A stretch of DNA of 64,000 nt. Origin: Candidatus Omnitrophica bacterium UBA6253 (lineage in GTDB: Bacteria; Omnitrophota; Gorgyraeia; Gygaellales; Profunditerraquicolaceae). This document shows, one piece after another, positions 37,783 to 46,270 of this stretch. How positions within the stretch are numbered: the stretch's first letter is position 1; each line of letters starts with the position of its first letter. The stretch lies in NCBI GenBank assembly GCA_002441245.1, contig DJVP01000001.1:65215-129214 (forward strand). The letters run 5' to 3'. Under the pieces are notes generated by a model, which searched no databases, was not told the origin of the DNA, and was given only the letters and a program-made list of their open reading frames with translations. The translations under genes and the position numbers were made by a program.

Positions 37783-38994
37783 ATGCGTATTTTTAGTTTT
37801 AGCGGAGAGAATGAGGTAAAAAAAGTTATGCGCGATATTGGCGTTGATCCATATGGGATCAAGGTTATGCTGCCTAAAACCGTTACTTTTTTAATTTACT
37901 TAAACTCAATATCTAATATTGCCGCCAATATATTAAAACAGGAAATGCTTTCTTTGGGTGGCGACGTTGCGGTAGCCCGGGGGGCGCTTACCGGCAGGAT
38001 TAAGAAAACCGACTGCCTTATTATTGGCCAGCATAACCAGTTTTGTTCTCTTGTTCGCAAATTAAGGCTTCAGCCATTCGGCCTGCAAAAACTGGCAGAT
38101 GAACTCGATAAAAATATCAAGAAATATACCAAGGATGATTTTATCCTTCCGCTAAGAAAAGGTTTCCTAAATTTAAAAGGTAAGACTTATATTATGGGAG
38201 CTATTAATTTAACCCCTGATTCATTCAGTGGCGATGGCTTATATTGTATTAAGACCAATGATTATCCCGGTCTGGCTTTAAGCAAGGCGAAAGAGATGCT
38301 AAGAGACGGCGCAGATATAATTGATTTAGGAGGGGAATCCAGCCGGCCTGGGTCAAGAAATATCAGCGTCAAGGAAGAACTACGCCGTGTCTTACCCATA
38401 ATAAAGAAACTGGCAAGAAATATATCTGCGCCTATTTCTATTGATACCACTAAAGCGGAAGTGGCCAGGGCCTGCCTTGAATCCGGAGCACAAATAATTA
38501 ATGATATCTCCGGGCTAAGAGATAAGCGCATGGCCAAGATAGCCGCTAAATATAAGGCCGCAGTAGTTATTATGCATATGCTTGGCAGGCCGGAAAATAT
38601 GCAAAATAAAATTGTTTATAAATCTTTGATTGAGGATATTGCCTTCTGGTTGAAAAATGCTATTGAATCTGCTGAATGCGCTGGTATACAGCCGAATAAA
38701 ATAATCATAGATCCTGGAATCGGATTTGGCAAGAAACCCGAACAAAATCTGGAAATTATAAAAAGGCTGTCGGAGTTTAAGATCTTAGGAAAACCTGTGC
38801 TTATAGGCCCTTGCCGAAAATCGTTTATTGGCAAGGTTTTAAAAACAACTCCGCAGGAAAGGTCTATCGGAACCGTGGCGGCCTGCGTAATGGCTGCTGA
38901 ACGCGGGGTAAATATAGTGCGTGTGCACGATGTAAGAGAAACAAGCCAGGCCCTGAAAATGGCCTCTGCCATAAGGAATAATGCTAATGCCTAA
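37783..38994 (+). CDS. folP: Dihydropteroate synthase with an N-terminal extension of about 120 aa of unknown function
   Basis: 403 aa. A canonical DHPS pterin-binding barrel starts near residue 125 (IMGAINLTPDSFSGDG ... GADIIDLGGESSRPG ... DTTKAEVA). The first roughly 120 aa form a separate domain. Confidence 0.8.
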   Translation: MRIFSFSGENEVKKVMRDIGVDPYGIKVMLPKTVTFLIYLNSISNIAANILKQEMLSLGGDVAVARGALTGRIKKTDCLIIGQHNQFCSLVRKLRLQPFGLQKLADELDKNIKKYTKDDFILPLRKGFLNLKGKTYIMGAINLTPDSFSGDGLYCIKTNDYPGLALSKAKEMLRDGADIIDLGGESSRPGSRNISVKEELRRVLPIIKKLARNISAPISIDTTKAEVARACLESGAQIINDISGLRDKRMAKIAAKYKAAVVIMHMLGRPENMQNKIVYKSLIEDIAFWLKNAIESAECAGIQPNKIIIDPGIGFGKKPEQNLEIIKRLSEFKILGKPVLIGPCRKSFIGKVLKTTPQERSIGTVAACVMAAERGVNIVRVHDVRETSQALKMASAIRNNANA

Positions 38995-39748
38995 TTTATT
39001 TTTATACTGGAAGCCCATGATCGAAGTAATTATTTTGTGGTTTTTTATTTACCACATAATACTTTTCTTTGAAGGCACCAGAAGTTTACAGGTTTTACGC
39101 GGAATAATTATACTGCTGTTTGTTTTCTTTATTTCCCAGAAATTTGATTTTATTGTTTTGGATTGGCTGCTTAAAAAATTATTTGGAATATCAGTTATCG
39201 CGATATTAATTATTTTCCATCCGGAAATCAGGCAGGGGCTGGCCCAATTAGGCAAACGCAATATCTTTAGAAATATACTTAAAGATGAAGATCCCCATAC
39301 CTTTGTTAAGGAGATTGTGGAGGCTTGTGAAAGTTTAGCCGCGAACAAGCTCGGCGGATTAATTGCTATCGAAAAAAATGATTCCTTGGCTCCTTATATC
39401 CAAAGCGGGGAAATTATAGATTCGCGTGTTTCGGCGGATTTAATGCAGGCGATTTTTACTCCCAACAATCCCCTTCACGACGGAGGTCTGATTATTCAGC
39501 ATGGCAGGATCGCTGCAGCAGGATGCATTTTCCCTCTTGCAATAAACCAGGAGCTAAACAGGGTTTTTGGCACCCGCCATCGCGCAGCTTTGAGCCTAAG
39601 CGATGAAACCGATGCTATTCTAATTGTAGTTTCCGAGGAGAGGCGTGATATATCCATTATTTACCGTAAGAAATTTTATAAGGATTTAGGGGGCGCGGAG
39701 TTGGAGCTAAAAATAAAAGAATTAATCCGGACAAAAAAAGATGAATAA
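38981..39748 (+). CDS. cdaA: Diadenylate cyclase CdaA (c-di-AMP synthase, DisA_N/DAC domain)
   Basis: 255 aa. Three N-terminal TM helices. DAC domain with DGA (LHDGGLII) and RHR (GTRHRAA) motifs. Confidence 0.85.
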   Translation: MLMPNLFLYWKPMIEVIILWFFIYHIILFFEGTRSLQVLRGIIILLFVFFISQKFDFIVLDWLLKKLFGISVIAILIIFHPEIRQGLAQLGKRNIFRNILKDEDPHTFVKEIVEACESLAANKLGGLIAIEKNDSLAPYIQSGEIIDSRVSADLMQAIFTPNNPLHDGGLIIQHGRIAAAGCIFPLAINQELNRVFGTRHRAALSLSDETDAILIVVSEERRDISIIYRKKFYKDLGGAELELKIKELIRTKKDE

Positions 39749-39869
39749 AAACAAGATAAATATTTTTTCCCGCTTGGTGCGCTTATTTACTAATCACCCC
39801 TGGTTGAAGCTGATCGCATTAATCCTGGCGATTACGCTTTGGTTTTATGTAAAAGGGGAAAAGGTCTAA
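39741..39869 (+). CDS. 42-aa ORF resembling only the N-terminal membrane anchor of the CdaA regulator CdaR/YbbR (mini-CdaR or gene remnant)
   Basis: ATG at 39741 overlaps the cdaA stop by 8 nt. It encodes MNKNKINIFSRLVRLFTNHPWLKLIALILAITLWFYVKGEKV, a basic N-terminus plus one TM helix ending in the LWFYV motif typical of the YbbR N-terminus. The stop falls at 39867-39869, before any YbbR domain. Confidence 0.4.
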   Translation: MNKNKINIFSRLVRLFTNHPWLKLIALILAITLWFYVKGEKV

Positions 39870-39877
39870 AGAATAAT

Positions 39878-40591
39878 ATGCCTAAATTAGGTGTAAATAT
39901 TGACCACGTAGCGACATTGCGGCAGGCGCGCCAGGGAAATCTACCCGATCCTGTTTACGCGGCTTTTTTGTGCGAAGGCGCAGGCGCAGATAGTATAGTG
40001 GCACATTTAAGAGAAGACCGCAGGCATATTCAGGATGACGATATTAAAGGTCTACGCGAGAATATAAAGACCAAGCTTAATCTTGAAATGTCTATTACGC
40101 CAGAGATCGTAAAGATTGCCTGTAAAATAAAGCCTTATCAGGCCACATTGGTGCCCGAACGCAGAAAAGAGTTGACTACCGAAGGGGGATTAAACGTAGC
40201 GGATAATTTAAAGAGTGTTTCCGCCAGCCTTTCCAGGTTGAGAAAATCCGGCATCAGGGTGAGTTTATTTATTGACCCTGAAAAAAGGCAAATTGATTCT
40301 GCCAGGAAAATCGGCGCAGGGATTATTGAGCTGCATACCGGGCGCTATTGCGATGCCAAATGTTTTGAGCAAAAAGAGAGCTCGTTTAACGAAATACGCT
40401 GGGCTGTAAATTACGCAAAACTCCAAGGCCTAGCTGTCAATGCCGGGCATGGGCTTGATTATGCTAATGTAAAGCCTATTGCTACGCTTGATGGCATAGA
40501 AGAGCTTAATATTGGCTATTCTATTATTTGCAAGGCCCTATACGTAGGTTTATATAAGGCGGTCAAGGAGATGCGCTACCTGATAAAATGA
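39878..40591 (+). CDS. pdxJ: Pyridoxine 5'-phosphate synthase
   Basis: MPKLGVNIDHVATLRQARQ start typical of PdxJ. I chose the internal ATG at 39878 over the longer ORF from 39839. Confidence 0.85.
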   Translation: MPKLGVNIDHVATLRQARQGNLPDPVYAAFLCEGAGADSIVAHLREDRRHIQDDDIKGLRENIKTKLNLEMSITPEIVKIACKIKPYQATLVPERRKELTTEGGLNVADNLKSVSASLSRLRKSGIRVSLFIDPEKRQIDSARKIGAGIIELHTGRYCDAKCFEQKESSFNEIRWAVNYAKLQGLAVNAGHGLDYANVKPIATLDGIEELNIGYSIICKALYVGLYKAVKEMRYLIK

Positions 40592-40947
40592 CATTTGTCG
40601 GAACAGGAGTAGATATAACTGAGGTTCGTCGCATCCGCGCGGCAGTAGAAAAATGGGGAAATGATTTCCTGCGGCGTATTTTTACTGACGATGAGCTTAA
40701 GAATGCCAAGAATAAAAATTCTTTTTATCAGCATTTAGCCGGGAGGTTTGCCGCTAAAGAAGCGGTTTTTAAAGCAGCAGGAGACAATTCTCTTTCCTGG
40801 CAGGACATTCAGATAAATAATGACCAGACAGGCAAGCCTGTTTGCCTGTTTCTAAACGGCAGAGGCAGGCATATAAACGTATATATTTCAATCTCGCATG
40901 TTAAAACCTATGCGGTTGCCAGCGCAGTTGTTACAAAGGAAGGCTGA
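40588..40947 (+). CDS. acpS: Holo-[acyl-carrier-protein] synthase
   Basis: 119 aa. GVDITEVRRI start and AAKEAVFKA motif of 4'-phosphopantetheinyl transferase. Confidence 0.85.
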   Translation: MTFVGTGVDITEVRRIRAAVEKWGNDFLRRIFTDDELKNAKNKNSFYQHLAGRFAAKEAVFKAAGDNSLSWQDIQINNDQTGKPVCLFLNGRGRHINVYISISHVKTYAVASAVVTKEG

Positions 40948-41764
40948 TTCCCATAAAGGAGATTACGGTCATATACTGATTTTGGCTGGCTCAAGCAGAT
41001 TCTCCGGAGCTGCCTTGCTTTGCGCTGAGGCAGCTTTACGCTCAGGTGCCGGATTAGTAACATTAGGTATACCCAGGAGTATCAACCTGAGGCTGATTAA
41101 AGTTAAGCCAAAGGAGCTAATTACCCTTCCTTTACCGGAGACTAAAGATGGGACTTTGAGTTTGGCGGCTTTCTTCAGGATATCTGCTTTACTTAAAAAT
41201 ATAGATGTTTTGATTATCGGCCCTGGCCTTGGCAGAAATAGATCAACTTATGCATTAGTGAAGAAGCTTATACGTAAGACAAGCCAGCCGACAGTTGTGG
41301 ATGCTGATGCGCTTAATGCTCTTAATAGTTTTCCGGGAATACTTAACCTTCATAAGGGGCAGCTTATCTTGACTCCCCACCAGATGGAGATTACACGGCT
41401 CTTTGATATAAACATCAATCTTATAAAAAATAACAGGAAATTGATTGCGAAAAAGTACGCAAAACATTATAATAGTATAATTATATTAAAAGGGCATAAT
41501 AGTATTGTAACTGACGGGCTAAGAGGATTTTATATAAACCGGTCAGGAAACCCCGGGATGGCAACTGCCGGAAGCGGAGACGTGCTTAGTGGAATTGTGG
41601 GGGCGTTTTTGGCTCAGGGGCTAGATGGTTTTAAAGCTGCTAAATACGCAACATATATTCACGGCTTAGCCGGAGATTTAGCGGCAAGAGATAAAACACA
41701 AATGGGGCTAATCGCCTCCGATATCATTGACCGGATCCCGGATGCGTTAAAAATGAGTAGCTAA
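40898..41764 (+). CDS. nnr: ADP-dependent NAD(P)H-hydrate dehydratase (YjeF C-terminal domain only)
   Basis: 288 aa. SHKGDYGHILILAGS start and the ATAGSGDVLSGIVGAFLAQG motif of the YjeF_C carbohydrate-kinase fold. Confidence 0.8.
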   Translation: MLKPMRLPAQLLQRKADSHKGDYGHILILAGSSRFSGAALLCAEAALRSGAGLVTLGIPRSINLRLIKVKPKELITLPLPETKDGTLSLAAFFRISALLKNIDVLIIGPGLGRNRSTYALVKKLIRKTSQPTVVDADALNALNSFPGILNLHKGQLILTPHQMEITRLFDININLIKNNRKLIAKKYAKHYNSIIILKGHNSIVTDGLRGFYINRSGNPGMATAGSGDVLSGIVGAFLAQGLDGFKAAKYATYIHGLAGDLAARDKTQMGLIASDIIDRIPDALKMSS

Positions 41765-41765
41765 T

Positions 41766-41838
41766 GCCGGCGTAGCTCAGTTGGTAGAGCAATTGTTTTG
41801 TAAACAATGGGTCGGGGGTTCAATTCCTCTCGCCGGCT
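41766..41838 (+). tRNA. tRNA-Thr (anticodon TGT)
   Basis: Acceptor GCCGGCG/CGCCGGC, anticodon stem ATTGT/ACAAT with loop TTTGTAA. Confidence 0.75.
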
Positions 41839-41910
41839 TACTTTCGCGGCCAATAAGGCCGCTCAACTATTTCGCCTCGACTTTTGAACGGAGGCTCAAT
41901 TTTATATACG

Positions 41911-41995
41911 GGCAGGTACCCAAGTGGCCAAAGGGGACAGACTGTAAATCTGTTGCACCTGTGCTTCAGAGGTTCGAATCCTCTCCTGCCCACCA
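41911..41995 (+). tRNA. tRNA-Tyr (anticodon GTA) with a long variable arm and encoded CCA
   Basis: Acceptor GGGCAGG/CCTGCCC, anticodon loop CTGTAAA, long extra arm (TGCACCTGTGCT), then ACCA after the acceptor. Confidence 0.75.
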
Positions 41996-42008
41996 TTTAA
42001 TATGTAGT

Positions 42009-42079
42009 GCGGGAGTAGTTCAGTGGTAGAACAATAGCCTTCCAAGCTATATATGGGGGTTCGATTCCCCTCTCCCGCT
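42009..42079 (+). tRNA. tRNA-Gly (anticodon TCC)
   Basis: Acceptor GCGGGAG/CTCCCGC, anticodon stem ATAGC/GCTAT with loop CTTCCAA. Confidence 0.75.
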
Positions 42080-42102
42080 AAAATTACGCAAATTTTTAAT
42101 TT

Positions 42103-43560
42103 ATGGGGCTGGTTATTAAAGAAACCAAAGAAATATTACATGAGATCCTGGATAATACCGGGGTAATAATAATTTATTTGGATATTAACGAAAATATTGT
42201 TTTTTGCAATAAGAAAACCGAAAAGATTACTGGTTTTAAACATGGAGATATTATTGGCGCTAATTGGTTAAAGATTTTATTTCGTGGGAATGATAATATT
42301 ATTAAACAGGATATGTTTAAAGCAGTCCTAGATGAATGCATGAGGCATAAGAGAGAGAAGGATTTTGAGGGCGTAGTTTTAGATAGCGAAAGGAACGAGC
42401 GGATTATTTCCTGGAACCTTACTCCCGTAATGATTGAAAATAATCAAACCGGGGGCAGCATATTAATCGGTCACGATATCACAAAGATCAGGGAGGCAGG
42501 CAATTCTGCCAAAAGCATTGATCAGACGCTTAAAGATATCCTTTCCAGCCTTAAAGATTACGCTTTATACGTAATCAATCTAAATGGCAACATAACTTAT
42601 TTTGGCATGGGCTCAGAAATTATGCTTGGCTGGAATAAAAAGGATATTATTTTCAAACATGTAGACATTCTGCATAATATTAAGGATTCCGGGAACAACC
42701 TGCATTTCATTTTAGAACAGGTACGTCTGTTTGGAAAATATGAAAAGGAAACAACATTGATTACTAAAGCTGGAGAAGCTATTCCGGTTATTTTAACTGC
42801 CAATAAGTTTTTGGATTCGGCAGGCAAGCATTCAGGATATATTTTTATCGCAAAAGACATAACTGAGAGGAAAAAACTCGAATACCAGGCTTTTCAGGCT
42901 GAGAAATTATCAGCACTTGGCCTTCTTTCGGCTGGAATGGCACACGAAATCAATAATCCACTTTTGGTTATTTCCGGCCGTTCGGCTTTATTAATGAAGG
43001 AAAGGCTCAGCCAAAGAATTAAAAAAGACCTCGATCTGATTAATTCCCAGGCGGAGCGTATTCAGAGAATGGTAGATAGGATCTTGAAATTTTCCCAGAA
43101 AACAAAACCTGCTTTCGGTCCAGTAGGCGTAAATGAGGCTATTGAATTCATCCTGCCGTTTGCCCAGTACAATAATTTGCCTGATATCAAAGTGGAGATA
43201 AAAAAGATTTTTGAAAAGAATATGCGGCCGGTAAAAGGAGACCTGCATCAACTGCAGGAGGTATTCTTAAACCTGATAATAAATGCTTATCAATCCATGC
43301 CTAAAGGCGGAGTGATTAAAATTACTACAAGCAGTTTTAGAAACCTTTTTGCGCTTATCCAGGTTAAAGATACCGGGCAGGGCATACCCGGGGAACTGCT
43401 TAAAGATGTTTTTATGCCATTCTTTTCGACAAAAAATGACGGCAAGGGGCTGGGATTATCCATTTGCCATAACATTATTGAGAACCATAACGGCTCAATT
43501 GAGCTAGAAAGCCAGGTTGGCCTAGGTTCGACGTTTACTATTAAGCTACCTTTTATTTAA
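42103..43560 (+). CDS. Cytoplasmic sensor histidine kinase (tandem PAS domains, HisKA, HATPase_c)
   Basis: 485 aa with no TM segments. Two PAS-like regions. H-box MAHEINNPL. G-boxes (DTGQGIP, GKGLGLSICHNIIENHNG). Confidence 0.8.
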   Translation: MGLVIKETKEILHEILDNTGVIIIYLDINENIVFCNKKTEKITGFKHGDIIGANWLKILFRGNDNIIKQDMFKAVLDECMRHKREKDFEGVVLDSERNERIISWNLTPVMIENNQTGGSILIGHDITKIREAGNSAKSIDQTLKDILSSLKDYALYVINLNGNITYFGMGSEIMLGWNKKDIIFKHVDILHNIKDSGNNLHFILEQVRLFGKYEKETTLITKAGEAIPVILTANKFLDSAGKHSGYIFIAKDITERKKLEYQAFQAEKLSALGLLSAGMAHEINNPLLVISGRSALLMKERLSQRIKKDLDLINSQAERIQRMVDRILKFSQKTKPAFGPVGVNEAIEFILPFAQYNNLPDIKVEIKKIFEKNMRPVKGDLHQLQEVFLNLIINAYQSMPKGGVIKITTSSFRNLFALIQVKDTGQGIPGELLKDVFMPFFSTKNDGKGLGLSICHNIIENHNGSIELESQVGLGSTFTIKLPFI

Positions 43561-43567
43561 AAGAGGA

Positions 43568-43951
43568 GTGCATATGCTTTATAAAGTCTTAGTAGTTGAT
43601 GATGAAGCACCAGTAAGGGATCTTTTAAACGATTTGCTGAAAAGAGAGGATTGCAAGGTTTCTATTTGCGCCACTGGAGAAGAGGCCCTGGAGTTACTTA
43701 AAAAAGATACATTTGACGTTGTCCTTTTGGATATCAAGCTCCCCGGGATAAGCGGATTAGAGGTTCTTAAGAATATACGGGATACCGATAAAAACCTTCC
43801 AGTAATCATGATTACTGGCTTTGGTTATAATGAAGACCTGATAAGTAAATCAAAGGAATTTGGATGTTCAGGATATATCGGAAAAAATATGCCCGTGGCA
43901 CAGATTATAACTACCTTTAAGCAATTTGCAAAAAGCGCTAAAAATGGCTAA
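43568..43951 (+). CDS. Single-domain response regulator (CheY-like receiver)
   Basis: 127 aa. VLVVDDE, the phospho-acceptor Asp in VVLLDIKLPG, and conserved T/K positions. No output domain. Confidence 0.8.
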   Translation: MHMLYKVLVVDDEAPVRDLLNDLLKREDCKVSICATGEEALELLKKDTFDVVLLDIKLPGISGLEVLKNIRDTDKNLPVIMITGFGYNEDLISKSKEFGCSGYIGKNMPVAQIITTFKQFAKSAKNG

Positions 43952-43962
43952 AGACCTGTAAG

Positions 43963-44712
43963 ATGAGCGAAGAATTCTTAAAACCTGTACACATAGACGC
44001 CTTTGATTTAGATGATGCCTGGTTTCAGTGCCTTTCAGCTATACTGGATAAAGGGCACGCATATACAATTACCCGCGGCAGCTATGAAGGTCAGAAACGA
44101 CTGGAATTTGATTTTGTCACAGTAAGAGTGCGCAAGCCGTCTCACCAGATAATACCGATTATCCCTGAAGGGATGAGCATACCAGCCCCAACGGATATGG
44201 ATTATATACAAGGGTACTTAAGTTACCTACTTACCGGAGCAAAGACTGAAACCGAAGACTATACCTATGGAGAAAGGCTGGTTGATCCAAAGGTCAAGGT
44301 TAAGCAAAGCTTAGACGGCAAAGATTTAATCTGTGATATGCCGCTAGAGGTTAATCAGATAGAAGAAGTAATTAAAATATACAAAGAGAAAGGACCGGGA
44401 ACTAATCAGGCAGTCATGGAGATCGGTATGCCTTCTGATATAAAATTAGACGATCCGCCTTGTTTAAGGCTGATTGATACACGCCTGCGTTATGGCAAAT
44501 TGCATTTTATCCTCTATTTTCGTTCTTGGGACCTTTGGGGAGGATTTCCTTCCAATTTAGGGGGATTACAACTGGTTAAACAATATATGGCGGAAGAGAT
44601 CGGTGTCCAAGACGGAGAGATTATCGCAGCAAGCAAGGGGTTGCATCTTTATGATTATGCCTGGGATTTGGCAAAACTAAGAACAAACAAAAATAACCTG
44701 GTTATTAAATAA
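43963..44712 (+). CDS. Thymidylate synthase (ThyA) family protein, short archaeal/methanogen-like form
   Basis: 249 aa. Aligns with the ThyA catalytic core: nucleophile region DDPPCLRL (compare APCHAF), KLHFILYFRSWDLWGGFPSNLGG (compare [23 protein letters not shown]) with the Arg and Asn retained, and GLHLYDYA (compare DTHLYSNH). Confidence 0.6.
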   Translation: MSEEFLKPVHIDAFDLDDAWFQCLSAILDKGHAYTITRGSYEGQKRLEFDFVTVRVRKPSHQIIPIIPEGMSIPAPTDMDYIQGYLSYLLTGAKTETEDYTYGERLVDPKVKVKQSLDGKDLICDMPLEVNQIEEVIKIYKEKGPGTNQAVMEIGMPSDIKLDDPPCLRLIDTRLRYGKLHFILYFRSWDLWGGFPSNLGGLQLVKQYMAEEIGVQDGEIIAASKGLHLYDYAWDLAKLRTNKNNLVIK

Positions 44713-45123
44713 ATGGACGATAATTACAACCAAGATGAACGGCGTTCCTTTGCGCGATTAGAATACTCCGTACCCTTGGGCTTTAAGATTTGCAATAAAG
44801 AGACTATTTCTAAACTTTGCTACGGATACTCCGTAAATATCAGCCAGTCCGGAATATCCTGCAGTATTCGTGAAAAGGTAAACACTGATGATATATTATG
44901 GCTTTCTTTTGACCGTGGCACGCTGGATTTCTGCAGGGAACTGGAAAAACGAGTGCTTATTTATCAAAACGGGATAATTGGGAACGTTGCCAGGGTTGAG
45001 CCGGAAGAAGTTGGAACCTATAACATTGGGATAAGGTTTATAACCAGGGAAGAGAAAAATATCGGGAACATTTACCCGCAGACTTATTTTTTTGAAAGGG
45101 ACTTTAAGGCCAACCATGGATAA
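44713..45123 (+). CDS. PilZ-domain protein (c-di-GMP receptor)
   Basis: 136 aa. RxxxR (ERRSFAR) followed by NISQSGIS, a D/NxSxxG motif. Confidence 0.7.
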   Translation: MDDNYNQDERRSFARLEYSVPLGFKICNKETISKLCYGYSVNISQSGISCSIREKVNTDDILWLSFDRGTLDFCRELEKRVLIYQNGIIGNVARVEPEEVGTYNIGIRFITREEKNIGNIYPQTYFFERDFKANHG

Positions 45124-46111
45124 ATTTCGTATAGCGGTATTAGGGGATGGGGGATGGGGAACAACTCTGGCGGTCTTGCTTTCTAAAAAAGGTTATCCAG
45201 TTACGCTTTGGAGTGCCTTTGAAGATTATACCAGGCTCATGATTAAGACCCGGTTTAATCCAAAATTCTTACCTGGAATAAAAATTCCACAAGATATTCA
45301 AATAACCAATAATATTAAAACTGCACTTGAGGATAAAGAAATAGTAGTTTTGGCTGTTCCTTCTCAATATACAAGGGGGGTGTTAAAAAAAATTAGAGGT
45401 AATTTTGCCAAAAAAACTGTTTTCTTAAGTGTTACCAAAGGAATAGAAATAGGTTCTTCTAAAAGAATCTCTGAAATTATCCATGCAACACTTGGCCCGG
45501 TAAGGTTTGCTGTTTTATCCGGCCCAACCATCGCTCAAGAGGTGGCTAAAGGCATACCTACCACTATAGTGGCAGCTTCACACGACATAAGGATACGCAA
45601 AACGATTCAGGATGTATTTAGCACTGAAAGATTCAGGGTATATACCAACTCTGATGTTGTAGGGGTAGAATTGGGAGGCAGCCTAAAAAACGTAATTGCC
45701 ATTGCCTGTGGCGTATCTGATGGATTAGGCTTTGGTGCCAATACTAAGGCTGCAATTCTGGCCCGCGGGCTTGCGGAAATATCTAGACTGGGTAAAGCCA
45801 TGGGGGCTAAATTAGAAACCTTTAGCGGAATCAGCGGTTTAGGCGATTTGGTTACAACCTGCATAAGCAGGCAAAGTCGCAATCGATTTGTAGGAGAACA
45901 GATTGGCAAAGGCAAAAACTTAAAACAAATTTGTAAACATATGCAAATGGTTGCTGAAGGGGTTTTAACCGCAAAATCCGCCTATGCCTTAAGTTTAAAG
46001 TATAAAGTAGATATGCCGATAACAAAAGAGATATACCGCCTGCTTTATTTAAATAAACCTCCTCGTCAGGTAGTAAAAGATTTAATGACGAGAAAGAGTA
46101 AAGAGGAATAG
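45116..46111 (+). CDS. gpsA: NAD(P)H-dependent glycerol-3-phosphate dehydrogenase
   Basis: MDKFRIAVLGDGGWGTTLA Rossmann start, internal GpsA motifs (KNVIAIACG, LAEISRLG). I chose the ATG at 45116, which overlaps the PilZ stop by 8 nt. The longer ORF begins at 45092. Confidence 0.85.
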   Translation: MDKFRIAVLGDGGWGTTLAVLLSKKGYPVTLWSAFEDYTRLMIKTRFNPKFLPGIKIPQDIQITNNIKTALEDKEIVVLAVPSQYTRGVLKKIRGNFAKKTVFLSVTKGIEIGSSKRISEIIHATLGPVRFAVLSGPTIAQEVAKGIPTTIVAASHDIRIRKTIQDVFSTERFRVYTNSDVVGVELGGSLKNVIAIACGVSDGLGFGANTKAAILARGLAEISRLGKAMGAKLETFSGISGLGDLVTTCISRQSRNRFVGEQIGKGKNLKQICKHMQMVAEGVLTAKSAYALSLKYKVDMPITKEIYRLLYLNKPPRQVVKDLMTRKSKEE

Positions 46112-46171
46112 GATTAGCAAGAAACATTTCCCGGGGCAAACAGGTATTGCGTCGGCGCGCTATAGATATCA

Positions 46172-46245
46172 CGGGGCGTGGCTCAGTTTGGTAGAGCGCA
46201 GCGTTCGGGACGCTGAGGTCACAGGTTCAAGTCCTGTCGCCCCGA
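46172..46245 (+). tRNA. tRNA-Pro (anticodon CGG)
   Basis: Acceptor CGGGGCG/CGCCCCG, anticodon stem CAGCG/CGCTG with loop TTCGGGA, T-loop TTCAAGT. Confidence 0.75.
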
Positions 46246-46270
46246 AATAAATTTAAAATGAGGTGCCTTT

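Noticed and set aside
39839-39877. A longer pdxJ ORF starting at ATG 39839 (MVLCKRGKGLKNN...).
   Set aside because: This N-terminal extension is not PdxJ-like and overlaps the mini-CdaR ORF. The conserved PdxJ start, MPKLGVNIDH, begins at 39878.
41781-42029. 82-aa + strand ORF.
   Set aside because: It runs through three consecutive tRNA genes (Thr, Tyr, Gly). It is spurious.
43963-44712. I considered whether the TS-like protein is a dCMP/dUMP hydroxymethylase (a phage-type hypermodification enzyme) or ThyX.
   Set aside because: It has the ThyA fold motifs and is not the ThyX flavin fold. The substrate-specificity position retains Asn (FPSN), as in dUMP-specific ThyA, rather than the Asp of dCMP hydroxymethylases. 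There is no phage context. It is kept as TS family with an uncertain precise function.
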